This document shows, in pieces, positions 7,694 to 16,558 of a DNA stretch of 32,000 nucleotides; the stretch's first letter is position 1, and every line of letters starts with the position of its first letter. The position numbers and the translations under genes are program-made. Source of the DNA: Pseudidiomarina andamanensis (GTDB lineage Bacteria > Pseudomonadota > Gammaproteobacteria > Enterobacterales > Alteromonadaceae); assembly GCF_009734345.1 (NCBI RefSeq), contig NZ_CP032551.1:1470001-1502000 (forward strand), in the 5' to 3' direction. The notes beneath the pieces were generated by a model. That model was not told where the DNA came from and made no database searches. It was given only the letters and a program-made list of their open reading frames with translations.

Positions 7694-10600
7694 TTAATTT
7701 CCTTTGTTATCTGGATGCTGTTGCTCGAGCGTTGCAAGTTCGTGTGCAACCGCTTCTGGCGATGTTGTGTTCTGCGCTAACAACGCGTACAGCGATGGAA
7801 TAATGAAGATGGTTAAGAACGCTGATAAAGCGACTCCTGCGAAAATAACTGTACCAATCACCATTCGGCTTTCAGCGCCTGGGCCGCTACCCAGAATGAG
7901 TGGTACCGCACTCATCAGCGTTGTGAATGCCGTCATGACAATTGGACGCAAACGTTGTTGTGCACCTTTCACAATCGCTTCATCAAACTTCATGCCGGCA
8001 TCACGCAACTGGTTCGTGAATTCAACAATCAAAATACCATTTTTAGCGGCAAGGCCGATTAACATCACAATACCAATTTGGCTGTAAATATTGATCGTCA
8101 TACCTGTCACATAGAGCCCGATAATAGCTCCCAAGAATGCAATTGGAACCATTAACATGATCACTAATGGATGCACAAAGCTCTCGAATTGTGCCGCCAG
8201 CACTAAGTAAGCCACGAGCAACGCCAAGACAAAGACGAATATGACAGAGCTACCACTCTCTTTGTACATTTGTGACTCGCCTTTGTAGTCAATCGATACG
8301 TCATCTGGAAGTTCAGTGCGAACAATCTCTTCAAGATACGCCAACGCTTCACCGAGTGAATAGCCCTCGGCTAAATTCGCTTCGATAGTGATACTACGCA
8401 TGCGGTTATAGCGATTCAGTGAGCCTGATGTGGCTTGCTCTTCAACGGTCACTAAGTTCGATAAAGGAATAAGCTGATTCGAGCTGTTCGAACGAACGTA
8501 GATATTATCGATTGCCGTCGGGCTGCGATAATCTGAACGCTCCCCCTCAAGAATCACATCGTATTCTTCACCTCTATCGAGATAGGTTGTTGCACGACGT
8601 TGACCCAGCATGGTTTCTAGCGTGCGACCAATATCACCAACCGATACACCGAGATCTGACGCGCGCTCTTGGTTAATGCGAATTAATAATTGCGGAAGCG
8701 TCGCTTTGTAATCGCTATCAAGATCCATTAGGTTCGGATTCTGACTCGCCTTCTCAATCACAATATCGCGATACGCCGCAAGCTGCTCGTAAGTGTTACC
8801 TTGCAACACAAATTGCACTGGACGACCGTTGCCACCGCTGATGCCGCTTCGCATAAAGGCAAAAGCACGTACGCCCGTCACATTATTAAGCTGTTTCGAT
8901 ACCTCATCCATCAATTCAAAGGTTGACCATTCGCGCTCTTCAAACGGCACCGCACCAACAATTGCAACACCGGCAGAGTTACCCCAACCTGGTGAACGGA
9001 TAATTAATCGATCGATTTTACCTTGATCGATATAAGGCATCAAAATACTCTCGATTTCGCGCATATTTGCTGAGTTCGATTCAAAGCTTGCCCCTTCTTC
9101 ACTGCGCACCATCACATAGAAGGTGCCGCGATCTTCAGGCGGAACAAACTCCTGCTCAACAAATTGCATCATGCCGTAAGATAACACCCCCGCTAGGATA
9201 ATGAGGGCTGCAGACATCCATGGATATACCAAGGTGCGCTTCAGTACACGAACGTATCCTGACTCAACCCAAGCAAACACTTTATCGATAATTTGGCCGA
9301 ATTTACTCGAACGCTCTTTTTTATGAAGAATTTTCGAGCTGAGCATTGGTGACAAAGTTAAAGCCGCGATACTTGAGAACGCGACGGCGGCGGCAATCGC
9401 CAATGCAAACTCGGTAAACAGCTGACCAATGTTGCCATCCAAGAACGCTAGCGGCACGAATACTGAAATAAGAACCAAAGTAGTCGCGACCACAGCGAAG
9501 CCAACTTCACGAGCACCTCGGTAGGCCGCAAGCAACGGCGGCTCACCCGCTTCAATACGACGATAGATGTTCTCTAAAACAACAATCGAGTCATCAACCA
9601 CAAGGCCGATGGCCAATACTAATGCTAACAACGTCAGCAAGTTGATCGAGAAGCCCATGGCAAACAGCGCGATATACGAGGCGATAACCGCAACAGGAAC
9701 CGTTAAAGCCGGAATGAGTGTGGCACGAATGTTCCCCAGGAACATATAGATAACAACAACCACCAATCCCATGGCAATGCCGAGCGTATTGTATACTTCG
9801 TCAATGGAGCCTTTGATGAAGATTGACGAGTCATAACTCGGAACAATGAACATCGTCTCAGGGAGCGTTTGAGAAATCGTATCAATTTCTTTTTTAACGT
9901 TGTCCACAACCTCCAGTGTATTGGCTTTCGACTGTTTAATAATACCGATACCAATCATGTTGATACCGTTACCACGGAAATCGGTTTTGTCGTTCTCTGA
10001 CCCCATTTCAATACGCGCAACTTCCGCCAATCGCACCAACTGACCATTGTCGCCACGTTTAATCGTTAAACGTTTAAAATGTTCGGGCGTCAGATAAGTC
10101 CGTGCGACACGAACAGTAAACTCACGGTCGATTGATTCAACTTCACCTGCAGGTAACTCAACGTTCTCTGAACGCAAGCGACTCTCGATGTCAGTGACGG
10201 TAATGTTTCGGGCAGCCATTGCATCACGGTCAAGCCAGATTCGCATCGCATAACGACGCTCACCACCAAGCTGCACACGCGCAACGCCATCCACAACAGA
10301 TAACCGATCGGCAATGTAACGGTCAGCATAATCCGTTAGCTCAAGTACCGACATGGTTTCACTACGCAAGTTGTACCAGACGATAGTACTTTCATCGGAG
10401 TTTGCCTTCGAAACTTCCGGTGGGTCGACTTGCTCGGGGAGGTTATCGAGCACGCGCGAAACACGATCACGAACATCATTAGCTGCGGCATCAATATCAC
10501 GGGATAATTCAAACTCAATGCTAATACGTGAGCGACCATTACGGCTGCTCGAGTTGATGTTTTTTATTCCTTCAATACCACTAATACGATCTTCAATTAC

Positions 10601-10795
10601 TTGGGTAATTTGGGTTTCAACGATATCTGCAGAAGCACCCGTGTAACTGGTATCAATGGATACAACAGGCGGATCAATATCAGGATATTCGCGAAGTGGC
10701 AGCATCGTAAACGCAACGATACCAAACACGATAAGTAATATATTTACAACTGAGGCAAAAACCGGACGTTTAACCGAAACATCTGAGAGCAACAT
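7694..10795 (-). CDS. RND family efflux transporter, inner-membrane permease (AcrB/HAE1-like)
   Basis: 1033 aa with the 12-TM, two-large-loop architecture. The TM4 proton-relay motif is VVDDSIVVLENI, and the N-terminus (VKRPVFASVVNILL) is typical. Confidence 0.93.
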   Translation of the reverse strand: MLLSDVSVKRPVFASVVNILLIVFGIVAFTMLPLREYPDIDPPVVSIDTSYTGASADIVETQITQVIEDRISGIEGIKNINSSSRNGRSRISIEFELSRDIDAAANDVRDRVSRVLDNLPEQVDPPEVSKANSDESTIVWYNLRSETMSVLELTDYADRYIADRLSVVDGVARVQLGGERRYAMRIWLDRDAMAARNITVTDIESRLRSENVELPAGEVESIDREFTVRVARTYLTPEHFKRLTIKRGDNGQLVRLAEVARIEMGSENDKTDFRGNGINMIGIGIIKQSKANTLEVVDNVKKEIDTISQTLPETMFIVPSYDSSIFIKGSIDEVYNTLGIAMGLVVVVIYMFLGNIRATLIPALTVPVAVIASYIALFAMGFSINLLTLLALVLAIGLVVDDSIVVLENIYRRIEAGEPPLLAAYRGAREVGFAVVATTLVLISVFVPLAFLDGNIGQLFTEFALAIAAAVAFSSIAALTLSPMLSSKILHKKERSSKFGQIIDKVFAWVESGYVRVLKRTLVYPWMSAALIILAGVLSYGMMQFVEQEFVPPEDRGTFYVMVRSEEGASFESNSANMREIESILMPYIDQGKIDRLIIRSPGWGNSAGVAIVGAVPFEEREWSTFELMDEVSKQLNNVTGVRAFAFMRSGISGGNGRPVQFVLQGNTYEQLAAYRDIVIEKASQNPNLMDLDSDYKATLPQLLIRINQERASDLGVSVGDIGRTLETMLGQRRATTYLDRGEEYDVILEGERSDYRSPTAIDNIYVRSNSSNQLIPLSNLVTVEEQATSGSLNRYNRMRSITIEANLAEGYSLGEALAYLEEIVRTELPDDVSIDYKGESQMYKESGSSVIFVFVLALLVAYLVLAAQFESFVHPLVIMLMVPIAFLGAIIGLYVTGMTINIYSQIGIVMLIGLAAKNGILIVEFTNQLRDAGMKFDEAIVKGAQQRLRPIVMTAFTTLMSAVPLILGSGPGAESRMVIGTVIFAGVALSAFLTIFIIPSLYALLAQNTTSPEAVAHELATLEQQHPDNKGN

Positions 10796-10800
10796 GTGTG

Positions 10801-11859
10801 TTAACCCTCCCGAACTGTGACAGCAACGCCATCGCGCAGACGCACCATTCCTTCGGTTACGATTTTGTCACCAGGCTTAATACCCTCGATAACCTCTACA
10901 ATACCGGGCTTGCGGCGCCCCAGGGTAACCAACGTCTGATGAGCGATATTATTTTCATCAATCACATATACGTAAGTGCGATCATTGATAGGAACGATAG
11001 CTTTTTCCGGCAGAATCATGGTTTCGTCAACGCTACGCAGTAAGTTAACCCGCAACAACATACCTGGACGCAATTTATTGTCGTCATTTGGCAACGTAGC
11101 GCGAACCAAAATAGAACGCGTCAACGGATCGACACGCGAATCAATGCTGCGAATTTCTCCACGAAACTCTTCGCCGGGATAAGCACCACTACGGGCAGCG
11201 ACAGCTTGACCAACACGCAAGCTTGCAAAGAATAGTTCAGGTACATTGAAATCGAGTTTGATTGGGGTGACATCGTCAAGTGTGGTGATTTGTTCACCGG
11301 GCGAGACTAAAGAACCAACGCTGACATGACGAATTCCGAGTCGACCGTCAAAGGGCGCAACAATTCGCTTCTGCGCCAGTCGCGTTTCAGCAACTTCCAA
11401 TTCGGCGATGATTTCTTTTACTAGCACGTCTTGTGCTTCAAGCTGCTGTTGTGACGCAGCGTTCTGGCGACGCAAGTCAACCAAGCGTTGATATTGGCGG
11501 TTTGCTTCTGCCAAACGGAATTTTAATTCTTGAACAACCGCATTTTCTTCACGAGAATCGAGCTCAACCAATACATCGCCCGCTTTAACCACGTCACCGT
11601 CGTCAAAGTGAACGGCCATGACAATATCCTGCGCTTGTGCGGTCACAACGATAGATTCGTTCGCTTGTGCGGTACCTAACGCTTCAATGACATCTCGAAA
11701 CTCACTGATTTGTGCGGATTGAACACGCACTGGTACGGCGTTTTGCGGGCGTTCTTCTTTGCCAGCGTTAGGGTCTGCAAAGCCAAAAAAGTAGGCTGCA
11801 GCGGCTGCCACAAGTACGAGTATGATGGTGATCGGGTTAAATAAATTTCGTGCTGCCAT
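10801..11859 (-). CDS. RND efflux periplasmic adaptor (membrane fusion protein)
   Basis: 352 aa with an N-terminal TM anchor, a coiled-coil hairpin region and lipoyl/beta-barrel motifs (VVKAGDVLVELD). It ends 5 nt upstream of the RND permease gene. Confidence 0.9.
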   Translation of the reverse strand: MAARNLFNPITIILVLVAAAAAYFFGFADPNAGKEERPQNAVPVRVQSAQISEFRDVIEALGTAQANESIVVTAQAQDIVMAVHFDDGDVVKAGDVLVELDSREENAVVQELKFRLAEANRQYQRLVDLRRQNAASQQQLEAQDVLVKEIIAELEVAETRLAQKRIVAPFDGRLGIRHVSVGSLVSPGEQITTLDDVTPIKLDFNVPELFFASLRVGQAVAARSGAYPGEEFRGEIRSIDSRVDPLTRSILVRATLPNDDNKLRPGMLLRVNLLRSVDETMILPEKAIVPINDRTYVYVIDENNIAHQTLVTLGRRKPGIVEVIEGIKPGDKIVTEGMVRLRDGVAVTVREG

Positions 11860-11860
11860 A

Positions 11861-11922
11861 AATCCCTCAGGTTACCACTTTGGCTTCATGTCATGGTCTG
11901 ACACTATTGTAACCTAGGGATT
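11861..11922 (-). promoter_or_regulatory. Leader inverted repeat covering the MFP Shine-Dalgarno and enclosing a 5-codon mini-ORF
   Basis: The arms at 11861-11875 and 11909-11922 form 14 bp with one bulged C (11868) and a 33-nt loop. The proximal arm contains the GAGGG SD of the MFP gene. The loop contains ATGAAGCCAAAGTGGTAA (minus strand, 11889-11872; MKPKW*), and its stop codon lies inside the SD arm. Confidence 0.4.
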
Positions 11923-11976
11923 CAACGCGGCATCCCCGCTCATCGGACAATAAGCGGGGTTTACCGCAAATAACAA

Positions 11977-13053
11977 TTACTTGTGGTAAGCGGGACTCAG
12001 CTTATGCACCGCTTCGATAAAAGCTGCTGCATGATCTGGATTTACTTCTGGATGAATACCATGCCCTAAGTTAAAGACATGACCATGACCGTGACCATAA
12101 CTTTCTAAGATGGTCGCCACTTCAGCTTCGATACGAGCTGGGGGCGCATACAATACACTCGGATCCATATTCCCTTGCAGTGCAACTTTGTCGTTTACGG
12201 CGGCACGAGCAGTTCCCAAGTCGGTGGTCCAGTCAACACCCAACGCATCACAGCCAGTCGCTGCCATATCACCGAGCCAAGCGCCACCGTTCTTGGTAAA
12301 CAAGGTCACCGGTACCTGCCGACCATCTGCATGACGGGTTAAACCGTTCACGATTTGCTGCATATACTTCAATGAAAATTCGCGGTAATCGCGTGGACTT
12401 AGAACGCCACCCCAAGTGTCAAATATCATGACGGCTTGAGCCCCGGCGGCAATTTGCGCATTCAAGTAACTGGTCACTGATTGAGCTAGTTTATCTAACA
12501 ATAAATGCATTGCCTCCGGCTCACTGAACATCAGTTTTTTCACTTCACTGAAATTCTTTGTGCTACCCCCCTCAACCATATAAGTTGCGAGTGTCCACGG
12601 GCTACCAGAGAAACCAATCAGCGGCACTTGGCCATTTAATTCGCGGCGAATGGTACGCACCGCATCCATAACATAACGCAGCTCTTGTTCTGGGTCTGGT
12701 ACACCAAGCTTCTGAATACTCGCGATATCACGGACGGGGCGCTCAAATTTTGGCCCTTCACCTGTTTCAAAGTAAAGCCCAAGGCCCATTGCGTCTGGAA
12801 TGGTCAGAATGTCTGAGAATAAAATGGCGGCATCTAACGGAAAACGGCGTAACGGTTGCAAAGTCACTTCGCAGGCAAGCTCTGCGTTTTTACACAGCGC
12901 CATAAAATCACCGGCCTGCTTACGCACTTCACGATACTCTGGCAAATAGCGTCCTGCCTGGCGCATCATCCAAATAGGTGTGCGCTCCGTCGGCTGGCGC
13001 AGCAGCGCACGAAGATACAAATCGTTTTTCAGTTCAGACTTTGCTTCAGACAT
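11977..13053 (-). CDS. hemE: Uroporphyrinogen decarboxylase
   Basis: 358 aa with the canonical N-terminus [15 protein letters not shown]. It has synteny with nudC and rsd. Confidence 0.95.
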   Translation of the reverse strand: MSEAKSELKNDLYLRALLRQPTERTPIWMMRQAGRYLPEYREVRKQAGDFMALCKNAELACEVTLQPLRRFPLDAAILFSDILTIPDAMGLGLYFETGEGPKFERPVRDIASIQKLGVPDPEQELRYVMDAVRTIRRELNGQVPLIGFSGSPWTLATYMVEGGSTKNFSEVKKLMFSEPEAMHLLLDKLAQSVTSYLNAQIAAGAQAVMIFDTWGGVLSPRDYREFSLKYMQQIVNGLTRHADGRQVPVTLFTKNGGAWLGDMAATGCDALGVDWTTDLGTARAAVNDKVALQGNMDPSVLYAPPARIEAEVATILESYGHGHGHVFNLGHGIHPEVNPDHAAAFIEAVHKLSPAYHK

Positions 13054-13102
13054 CGTATATATCCAAGTTACCCGTTAAATTTTGCCGCATATTTTATCAG
13101 CA

Positions 13103-13924
13103 TTAAGATTTTCTTTCCTGATCAATTTCAGCTTTTAGGCGCATGATCAGTTTATTTGCAATCGTTCCCTCTTGCGGTATTCGCGGTAGTTTATTGATGT
13201 CATACCAACCGCCTTCTTCCAATTCAAACGGATCAATACGAATATCACCACTTTCCCATTCCGCAATGAACCCAATCATGAGTGAATTCGGAAACGGCCA
13301 TGACTGACTGGCAACATAGCGCGGATTTTTAATACGCACACCAGCTTCCTCCATCACTTCACGTACAAGGGTTTGTTCAAGGGGCTCACCAGCCTCAACA
13401 AAACCAGCTAATACCGAATACAAACCTTCGGGATGACGCTTGCCTCGAGCCAACAGAATTTGATTGTTTTTACGAATCGCAACAATGATACATGGCGAAA
13501 TACGGGGGTAGCAGCGGTGTTGGCAACTATGACAGTGCATCGCTATTTCCCAATCAACCGCCTGCATGCGCGCGCCACAGCGTCCGCAAAAACGATGCGT
13601 CGCTAAGAAGTCGGCAATTTGTTTGGCCCGCGCAGCCATCGCGAATAACTCGTCATCAGAACCGATAATTAACTCTCTAACACTTAAAAACTCACCCACA
13701 GCAGTAAAATTGGTGTCACCGAAATCGGCAATCACCAAATAGCAATGTCGCTCGCGTAATTCACCAATAAAAACGGTTTTGTATTCATTCAAATCTGGCA
13801 ACGGTAAGTCTTCAAGAAGCCCATGTGGTATCTGTTTCGCTTCGGTCATGAGCAGCTCACCACCGGAAATCACAAACCACCATACAGGTTCGTCTTGCGC
13901 TGGGCGTTGATATGGTTTCGTCAT
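13103..13924 (-). CDS. nudC: NAD-capped RNA hydrolase / NADH pyrophosphatase
   Basis: 273 aa with the Zn ribbon CGRCG...CHSCQHRCYP and the Nudix box GFVEAGEPLEQTLVREVMEEAGV. Confidence 0.9.
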   Translation of the reverse strand: MTKPYQRPAQDEPVWWFVISGGELLMTEAKQIPHGLLEDLPLPDLNEYKTVFIGELRERHCYLVIADFGDTNFTAVGEFLSVRELIIGSDDELFAMAARAKQIADFLATHRFCGRCGARMQAVDWEIAMHCHSCQHRCYPRISPCIIVAIRKNNQILLARGKRHPEGLYSVLAGFVEAGEPLEQTLVREVMEEAGVRIKNPRYVASQSWPFPNSLMIGFIAEWESGDIRIDPFELEEGGWYDINKLPRIPQEGTIANKLIMRLKAEIDQERKS

Positions 13925-14012
13925 GTAAAATAACCTGAAAGTCAGCGAAAATAGTTGACGCTAGCTTAGCATCATCAGTAGATTGGTGGCTATCAATCAA
14001 ACGGAGATACAC

Positions 14013-14483
14013 ATGTTAAAGCGTAACGAGCAGGCCAAGCAACGCTGGGGAGGCGCCCATGCTGCGGTTGATACCTGGTTACAAGAACGACAAGCCATGC
14101 TTATCGAATACTTCAAACTAGCTGGACTACCTCCCTATGAGCGCGAAGCGCATGCGCTTCCGGCAACGCAAAACATCACTCACTTCTGTGAACTTCTCAT
14201 GGACTACATTTCAGCGGGGCACTTTGAGGTATTCGACACAATCATCCGCAATAGCCAGAAGGCGCCAGAGTCAACACGCGAACTAGCCGATGAGCTTTTC
14301 CCATTAATCGGTGATACAACTGAAATTGCACTCGACTTTAATGACAATTATGGTGATGTGACGCCGGAATCTGAGCTCAATGGATTTGATCGAGATTTAT
14401 CGAACTTAGGTGAAGCGCTTGAGCTACGAATGGAATTTGAGGACCGTTTATTAAATACGCTAGAGCAGCATCAGCTACTCTAG
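14013..14483 (+). CDS. rsd: Regulator of sigma D (anti-sigma-70 factor Rsd/AlgQ family)
   Basis: It is clearly similar to E. coli Rsd as I recall it (W..R..L...Y..L; DY(I/L)SAGHF; LGEALE.R...ED). The ATG at 14013 is preceded by GGAG with a 6-nt spacing. It is divergent from nudC, as in E. coli. Confidence 0.88.
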   Translation: MLKRNEQAKQRWGGAHAAVDTWLQERQAMLIEYFKLAGLPPYEREAHALPATQNITHFCELLMDYISAGHFEVFDTIIRNSQKAPESTRELADELFPLIGDTTEIALDFNDNYGDVTPESELNGFDRDLSNLGEALELRMEFEDRLLNTLEQHQLL

Positions 14484-14510
14484 CGTGATATTAGCGAAGC
14501 AAGAAGGGTT

Positions 14511-15290
14511 TTATTGCTTCGCGTCAATTTCTACATCAGCTTCTTCTTCAGTCGCTTCTGGATCAACAATGTTGAGCAGTTCAACTTCAAAGATTAACGT
14601 TGAGTTTGGTGGAATCTGACCATTACCCGCGCCACGCTCACCATAAGCAAGATCTGACGGGATGACAAAACGGTATTTATCGCCAACGCTCATCAATTGA
14701 ACGCCTTCAGTCCAACCAGCAATAACACGATTCAATGGTAATACTAGTGGCTCGCCACGCTCTACTGAGCTATCGAACACTTCGCCGTTTACCAACGTAC
14801 CGTGATAATGAACTTCAACTAAATCAGTTGCAGCCGGTTGTGCACCACCTTCAGGGCCTTCTTGCAAAACTTCATACTGTAGGCCTGATTCAGTAACGGT
14901 AACGCCTTCTTTATTAGCGTTTTCTGCTTGATAAGCTTCACCTTCAGCCTGAGCCTTGCCACCAATAACAGTCGCTGTTTGCTCAGCAATCTGAGTTTGC
15001 ATGGTCGTGATCAATTCTTCAGCTTCTGCTTGTGAAATTTTGGCATCACCTTTAATAGCATCAACAAAACCGGCAATCACGAGTTCACGATTTAATACGA
15101 ATTCGGCTTGCTCTTGACGCTCAAGCGTTTCGCCAACGTATTCACCCAAGGTAGAACCAAAGGCATACGCCATTTTATCTTGTTCAGCCTCTGGTGCAGC
15201 TTCGCTAACAGGAAACTTCTCCTGCTGCATACATCCAGTTACGGCAAGCGCGATGATAGTCAGCGCTAAAGGCTTTTTAAATTGCTTCAT
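14511..15290 (-). CDS. fkpA: FKBP-type peptidyl-prolyl cis-trans isomerase (FkpA/Mip family), with a lipoprotein-type signal
   Basis: 259 aa with a C-terminal FKBP domain (VHYHGTL.NGEVFDSS ... IPPNSTLIFEVELL) and an N-terminal helical dimerisation region. It carries the lipobox-like LAVTGC. Confidence 0.88.
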   Translation of the reverse strand: MKQFKKPLALTIIALAVTGCMQQEKFPVSEAAPEAEQDKMAYAFGSTLGEYVGETLERQEQAEFVLNRELVIAGFVDAIKGDAKISQAEAEELITTMQTQIAEQTATVIGGKAQAEGEAYQAENANKEGVTVTESGLQYEVLQEGPEGGAQPAATDLVEVHYHGTLVNGEVFDSSVERGEPLVLPLNRVIAGWTEGVQLMSVGDKYRFVIPSDLAYGERGAGNGQIPPNSTLIFEVELLNIVDPEATEEEADVEIDAKQ

Positions 15291-15377
15291 TTATTGTCTC
15301 CAGGATTGAATTCTCTGTCAGAGTAAGTTGTAATTCGTCGCGCTGAATATACTACACACAATTAGGGGTGTTTGCCT

Positions 15378-15611
15378 ATGGCTGCGCAACACGAACATGA
15401 TCTATCACGACGTATCGCCGATTTAGAAAGCCAATTGGCATTCCAAGAAGATACCATTGAAACATTGAATCAATTGGTGACGCAACAAGCGGGCGAATTA
15501 CAGCATCTGCAACGTAAGATGCAATTAATGGCCGAAAAGTTCCAACAAATGAGCGATCGCGATGGCGGAACGTCGACTGATCCTGCTGACGACATTCCAC
15601 CGCATTACTAA
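15378..15611 (+). CDS. slyX: SlyX family protein
   Basis: It is a coiled-coil protein (RIADLESQLAFQEDTIETLNQLV..Q) ending in PPHY, and is divergent from fkpA as in E. coli. I prefer the ATG at 15378 over the track's TTG at 15372. Confidence 0.85.
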   Translation: MAAQHEHDLSRRIADLESQLAFQEDTIETLNQLVTQQAGELQHLQRKMQLMAEKFQQMSDRDGGTSTDPADDIPPHY

Positions 15612-15623
15612 CCTGAACAAAAC

Positions 15624-15652
15624 TTGACCGCGTGTAGCTGACCCCGTATAAC
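15624..15652 (+). promoter_or_regulatory. Candidate sigma70 promoter for prk
   Basis: TTGACC (15624-15629), a 17-nt spacer, then TATAAC (15647-15652). A GGAGG SD lies at 15670-15674, before the ATG at 15679. Confidence 0.45.
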
Positions 15653-15678
15653 ATTCTTTCTACGTTTTCGGAGGTTTC

Positions 15679-16551
15679 ATGTCGGTTCAACACCCTATCA
15701 TCGCAGTAACTGGCTCATCAGGGGCCGGTACAACCACAACCAGTCAGGCTCTACGGCATATTTTCCGCTCGCTAGATGTTGAAGCTGCCTGTGTGGAAGG
15801 TGATAGCTTTCATCGTTATTCCCGACCTGAAATGGAACTAGCGATTCGTAAGGCGCAAGAGCAAGGACGACACATTAGCTATTTCGGTTCTGAAGCGAAT
15901 GATTTCACCCGACTTGAAGCGTTATTCCGCGAGTATGGCGCAACCGGCAACGGCGAAGTTCGACGTTATTTACACAACTTCGATGATGCCGTTCCATACA
16001 ATCAAGTACCTGGCACTTTTACACCATGGGAGCCGCTACCGAAAGATACCGATTTATTGTTCTACGAAGGCTTGCATGGCGGCGTGGTTGGCGAAGGCTA
16101 CGATGTTGCACAGCATGTCGACTTACTTATTGGCATGGTGCCAATTGTAAACCTTGAGTGGATACAAAAGTTATTGCGCGACACCTCGGAGCGGGGTCAT
16201 TCGCGAGAGGCTGTGACGCAAAGTATTGTGCGCAGTATGGAAGATTATATTCATCACATAGTGCCTCAGTTTTCGCGCACTCATATCAACTTTCAACGGG
16301 TACCAACCGTAGACACATCCAATCCATTTAGTGCAAAAGACATTCCGTCACTGGATGAAAGTTTTGTGGTGATTCGCTTCCGCGGCATGAAGAATGTCGA
16401 CTACCCATATTATCTACGCATGATTGACGGAGCATTTATGTCGCGTATGAATACCTTGGTAGTGCCGGGAGGCAAAATGGTTTTTGCCATGGAGCTGATA
16501 TTAGCCCCGCTAATTGAAGAAATTTTGGAAAAACAGCGCGGTATTAAATAA
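15679..16551 (+). CDS. prkB: Phosphoribulokinase (PrkB-like)
   Basis: 290 aa with the P-loop IIAVTGSSGAGTTT and full-length similarity to the bacterial class PRK/uridine-kinase fold. Its neighbourhood includes a YhfA-like OsmC gene, as in E. coli. Confidence 0.9.
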   Translation: MSVQHPIIAVTGSSGAGTTTTSQALRHIFRSLDVEAACVEGDSFHRYSRPEMELAIRKAQEQGRHISYFGSEANDFTRLEALFREYGATGNGEVRRYLHNFDDAVPYNQVPGTFTPWEPLPKDTDLLFYEGLHGGVVGEGYDVAQHVDLLIGMVPIVNLEWIQKLLRDTSERGHSREAVTQSIVRSMEDYIHHIVPQFSRTHINFQRVPTVDTSNPFSAKDIPSLDESFVVIRFRGMKNVDYPYYLRMIDGAFMSRMNTLVVPGGKMVFAMELILAPLIEEILEKQRGIK

Positions 16552-16558
16552 CCGCGCT
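16535..16558. other. Hairpin spanning both convergent stop codons (prk / rlmJ)
   Basis: AGCGCGGT (16535-16542) pairs with ACCGCGCT (16551-16558), giving an 8-bp stem and an 8-nt AT loop. The prk TAA (16549-16551) and the rlmJ TAA (complement of 16558-16560) both touch the structure. There is no U-tract. Confidence 0.4.

Noticed and set aside
11934-11959. Hairpin CCCCGCT-N12-AGCGGGG just downstream of hemE, considered as its intrinsic terminator
   Set aside because: On the hemE (minus) transcript the stem is followed by AUGCCGCG, with no U-tract. It may still be a structured 3' end or a Rho-related element, but I cannot call it a terminator.
14494-14522. 9-bp stem GCGAAGCAA / TTGCTTCGC between rsd and fkpA, considered as a bidirectional terminator
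   Set aside because: The right arm lies inside the fkpA coding end, and neither side has a proper U-tract. It could have a role, but this is not supportable from sequence alone.
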